From NCBI RefSeq assembly GCF_032191835.1, contig NC_083237.1, positions 62,141-126,000 on the forward strand: a stretch of 63,860 nt of DNA. The letters run 5' to 3'. This document shows positions 59,701-63,860 of the stretch, one piece after another. Origin of the DNA: Heteronotia binoei (Eukaryota). The notes below the pieces were generated by a model. It saw nothing but the letters and a program-made list of their open reading frames with translations, was not told where the DNA came from and ran no database searches. The position numbers and the translations under genes are program-made. Position 1 is the stretch's first letter, and each line of letters opens with the position of its first letter.

Positions 59701-62700
59701 TTGGAGCTGCCTGAGAACAAATACCATGTCGGTGGTGCTCCTGTTAGCTCTGAAGCCGCACTGGCTCTCTGGGAGTTCTTCTGCAATGGTAGGCACCAGT
59801 CTGTTCAGGAGTATTCTGGCAAGGATTTTACCTGCAATGGAGAGTAGGGTTATCTCCCGGTAGTTGGAGCAGTCTGACTTTTCCCCTTTGTTCTTGTGTA
59901 GAGTGATGATGATTGCATCGCGAAAGTCCTGTGGTAGTTTGCCTTGTTCCCAGCAGGTGACAAGTACTTTGTGAAGTGTGCTATGTAGTACTGTGCCCCC
60001 ATGCTTCCAGATCTCTGGTGGGATTCCATCAACTCCCGCTGCCTTGCCACTTTTCAGTTGCTTGATGGCTTTAACAGTCTCTTCTAGGGTGGGGATCTCA
60101 TCCAACTCTGTTTTCACTGGTTGAAGTGGGGTGCAGGAAACTCACAAACACCTTGGGTGGGAGAGCCCCCCCCTTCATACCTTGGGTGGCTCCCCTCCCC
60201 AGCTCCACAGATGGCCCATGGAGGCCCTTCTGGAGTCCCAGAGGGCCAAAGAGCTCCCCCCACCCCCCCACTTGCCTTTCCCTTGCCTTGCCTGTGGGAG
60301 TTCCCCTGGGAGGGGCTGGAAGAGCCTTTGCGGGAGTAGCAGCATGAGGTCCCCTCTTTAGGACCACCACAGCCTTTGCGTTCAGGGGGAGACGTGCATC
60401 CCGGGGACACCCGGCCCCCCCCAGCCCACGGTCTGCAGCCGGGTGGCCAGGCTGGTGGCCTCCGTTTCAAGCTCCCATCGGCATGGAAGGTTTGGTTGCC
60501 TCCCACCTCCCTGCCCTGAACCTCACCTGCCGCAGGCACCCAGTTTAGCCTAGTCCTGTGAAAAGGCTGGGGAGGATCCGACTCAAGAGAGGGCCTTGGG
60601 GTACAGCGTCTTGGCAACTTCCCTCCGCAGAGCCCCTGACCCTGGTGGGAGCAGAGTCCCTGGACCAGAAAGCGCACCCGGCCCCTAGCCCATGGCCCCT
60701 GAAGGAATGCGCTGGCGTGGAACTCCCGTCCGGGCAGATGAAGCCAGGTAATCCATGGGGGTGGGGAACAGGCTCCCTCTCAGAGGGGAGGGCTGGTGCT
60801 AACGTTGCTGGTGGACCCCCCCCCCCCCGCCTTGCCCAGCGGCATCCTTGAAGCTGGCCGGCAGATATCTGGGTGGGGTTGTGGATGTCACTGGGCAGGG
60901 GAGACCGATCCAAGGGTCCGGGGTCAAAGGTGGAAGGTCACTCTGGCCCCCTCACCAGGCAGGCCAATCCAGAGAGCCCAGGAGCTGCCCCACGGGGGGG
61001 GGGGGTGCACAGCCAAGCACGACTGGTCAGAGGGGGGGCAACATGCACCTCTCCAAGGGCCCAGACTGCACAGCAAGGCACAAGCAACCCCCAACCAACA
61101 CCGACACCCTGTGAGGGGCAGGTATGTGCAGAGCCAATCCCCACTTCTCCCAGGCGTCACGGGGCCCCCAAAAAGGAGCCTCAGCCAGAAGGTGGGCTGG
61201 GGGGGCCTCTGCTTCAGGGGCACAAGCTCCGCCGTGGGAAATACCTGAAGTGTTTTTGGTGGGGGGCGTCACACCCTCCAGCCATTTGCTCCAGGGAAAC
61301 TGATCTCTGTCGTCTGGAGATCAATTATAGTCAAAGATCTCCAGGGGCCACCTGGAGGTTGGCAACCCTGCATGTGGGATGAGCGGCCGGCGCCAGGCAC
61401 TGTTGGGGTTTACAGATACTTCAGCAGAGTTGTGTGGAGAGAACCACACATAAAACAAGCCAGGCAGGCGGTTTAGCTTAAGAATAAAGTAGTTTACTTT
61501 TACTATGAGGAAAGGGTTACTGGGATTACTAGAAAGCAAGAGAAGGATTCAGTATCCTATCTAGTCTCTAGACTACATCTCGACTCTCTTGAGTCCAAAC
61601 TCTAACTGCACGGAGATCTGAGGGCTTCACACAAAGGGCAATGAAACCTGACCAAATGGTTTCCCCCAGACCACCTCCCAAATATCTGGATTAGCCAATT
61701 AGGGCTTTGCTTCAATGGTCACTATACATATTGACACCCAGCCTGAGCAGGAAGTACGTGCACACATTCTCATTGGCTCTATCTCTCACTGGCTAAACAT
61801 CAGCATGCATACACATTCATTTAATTAACTCATGACAACAGGAAGTGAAATTGCAATAGAAACCCAACAGGCACCCCCTCTCTGCCCCCCAGGGATGCCT
61901 TCCAGACCCATCCTGCTGTGGAGTGCCCTTTTGCCACCCAGGACTGAAGACAGGAGGGGGGCAGTGAGAGGGGAACCCAAGAGTGCCCCAGACCCCTTTA
62001 TTCTCCCCCCAGGGGGAGCACACCCCACACCTGCCCCCAGGCGGGATGGGGACTAAACACTGCGGTGGGGGGGGGAGAGCTCCCGGAGTGGGGGTTATGC
62101 AGGAGGAGATGTGCCTCCCCACCTGTGTGTGTGTAAGAGAGAGCGAGAGAGAGACCCCCCCACACCCACCAGTTGTCAAAAGTGGGAGGGCAGCTTGGCC
62201 TTCCCCTCTGCCTGCAGGCCTCTGCCCCCCCCCCCTTCTCGCTGGCTGCGAGGGCGGGGCCTTCCTGGGCTGGAGGGCGCAACGCTCCCTGAGGACTTTG
62301 GTCAGCCCAGCTCCTGGCTCCCCCCCCCACACACACACATTCAGCACCTCGTTGGTTGCCCCCCCCACACACACACACACTGCGCCCAAAAGGCGGGCAA
62401 GAAGCCGGTGTCTTGGTGGCGCCGAGGCCGTCGGAAGGGAGGGGCTGTCTCTGGGAGAGGCTGCGGGAGGGGAGGGGAGGGGAGGCGTCCGCGGTTCAGC
62501 TTGCGGGGGCGGGGGGAGAGGGGTAGGCGGCGTCCGAGGAAGCCTGCTGACCTCCCTCCCTCCAGCAGGTGGGCAGGCAGCTCCCGCCGCCTCTGACCTC
62601 TGGCCCTCGGGGGGCGCTTGTGGGCAGCGGAACGGCGACTCCCTCCCCTCCTCCGGAGCCCCAGGAAGGAAGTGCGCCCGGCAGCTGCCCTCCTCCGGGA

Positions 62701-63575
62701 AACTGGGCTGGCCTGAAAGGGGCTCCCGCTCCCCCGACCCCTGTGCCCCGCCCGCGGCCCTCCTTCCTGCCTTCTTGTCTCCCTCCCCAGCGGCGGGCTG
62801 CGTCTGCCAGCAGGACTACCAGGTGTGCCAGCCGCTCCAGCTCTCGGCGGCGGCGAACGGGTCGGTCACCCTGCGCTGCACCTTCGCCTTCCACCCCAGC
62901 TGGGGGGTTCTGCTGCGCCCCGCCCAGGTCCGCTGGCGCCTGCGGGACTTCCACTCGCTGCCCTTCTTGTTCACCTGCTGCGGGAGCGCCGCCTCCACTC
63001 ACACCCAGCGGGACTTCGAGGGGCGCGTCTCCCTGGCCAGGGGCCGGGCGGAGGAGGGGAGCGGGGCGCAGCGCTACACGGCCTCCATCCGCATCACGGC
63101 GCTGCGCGAGTCCGACGCCCAGCTCTACTTCTGCCGCGTCTCCGTGGAGACAGCACAGCGCGGGAAACAGGAATGGCAAACCATCAACGGGACCAACCTG
63201 ACCGTCACAGGTACCGAGCCTCCAGCACCCCTTTGCCGCACCGCCAGCCCCTCCTCCGCGGGGGCTCCCTGCCGCAGGACAGCCGGAGGGGCCTGGGGGA
63301 CGAAGCAGCCTCTCCCCATCGCAGGCCATCGGTTGCACTACGGCGGGGGGGGGGGGGGGGAGCTTCTGGATTTGCCAAGCACCCGGCGGGCAGGCGAGCG
63401 GGCAGCCCCAGAAGGAGGGCCACACCTCACTTTCTCCCCCCAGCCCCAGAGGGAGGGGACCGCCCCACCACGCCGGTGCCCCTGGGCCTCCTCGCCGGGC
63501 TGTCGACTGGGGCCGTCCTGCTGGCTGCTGCGCTCCTGGCGGGCCTGGCGGCCTTCCTTCTCGCCCGGAGAAAAG
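53786..63575 (+). CDS. PILRA: PILRA-like paired Ig receptor, 5' part (signal, IgV, TM exons; cytoplasmic exons not seen in window)
   Basis: IgV exon 62791-63210 (VTLRCTF...VRWR...[45 protein letters not shown], compare PILRA [28 protein letters not shown]). TM exon 63444-63575, uncharged. Phase-1 signal exon 53786-53834 ([16 protein letters not shown]); linking it across the 9-kb intron is inference. Confidence 0.75.
55520..55905. repeat. Long inverted repeat (MITE-like palindrome)
   Basis: Left arm ~55520-55672 is the reverse complement of right arm ~55743-55905 (e.g. gtagtggtgaatgtcctg / caggacattcaccactac); ~70-bp spacer. Confidence 0.8.
57190..58142 (+). mobile_element. CR1 LINE, 5'-truncated
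   Basis: [58 protein letters not shown]; 3' end ccttccaactctatgattct. Confidence 0.93.
58287..60130 (-). mobile_element. RTE-clade LINE (BovB-related), 5'-truncated
   Basis: RT ORF with [58 protein letters not shown]; C-terminal CSHC zinc knuckle; (GA)n tail; frame disruption near 58900-59050. Confidence 0.92.
61401..61840 (-). mobile_element. Probable solo LTR
   Basis: AT-rich 440-bp island bounded by TGTTG...CAACA, with a CCAAT box and an AGTAAA-like signal on the minus strand. No matching TSD seen. Confidence 0.45.
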
Positions 63576-63860
63576 GTAAGGGGGGGAGGGGGCTGCCCTC
63601 CTTCCCACTGGCTGCACTGCAGGGGCCCTCGTGCATCCAACCGGGCACAGAGGCCAAGGCCACGAGAGAGCCAGCCGGAGCCAGGAGGGGCAGGGAAAGG
63701 GCAGGCAGCTGGCGGGAGGAACAAGGCGGCAGCAGCAGCAAACCCTGGGGCGGCGGGGGGTGCTGTTGGGGCCCACGCTACTGAATCGGCTCAAGAAGGA
63801 ATGGCCCGGAATGGGGAGCGCTCCGACCGCCTCAAGGATCCCGCGCTGACCCCGAAGCGG

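Noticed and set aside
62496-63794. 432-aa minus-strand ORF
   Set aside because: Antisense shadow of the PILR-like IgV and TM exons.

Overview
GC-rich vertebrate genomic DNA, most likely a gecko or other squamate (inferred from Squam3-like and Sauria SINEs, CR1, RTE and Penelope repeats). It is homologous to part of human 7q22.1. Genes reconstructed by hand from splice signals and recalled protein similarity: a decayed GPC2-like glypican exon (-), GAL3ST4 (+), TRAPPC14/C7orf43 (+; exon 1 carries indels that are probably assembly errors), LAMTOR4 (-), an L6-family tetraspan gene resembling fish tm4sf21 (-), intronless MBLAC1 (-) head-to-head with TAF6 (+), an unrecognised 3-exon single-pass membrane protein gene (-), and the 5' part of a PILRA-like Ig receptor (+). 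The most striking pattern is tandem duplication seeded on functional elements. In TAF6, one intron plus the first 27 nt of the next exon is duplicated into five new in-frame micro-exons (PRPTLTLSQ), each with a full acceptor and donor. The first coding-exon donor of TAF6 is repeated ten extra times. The LAMTOR4 core promoter is repeated six times, and SINE fragments form two satellites. Most long ORFs in the supplied track are GC-rich or repeat noise. No database searches were run, so gene identities rest on remembered sequences.
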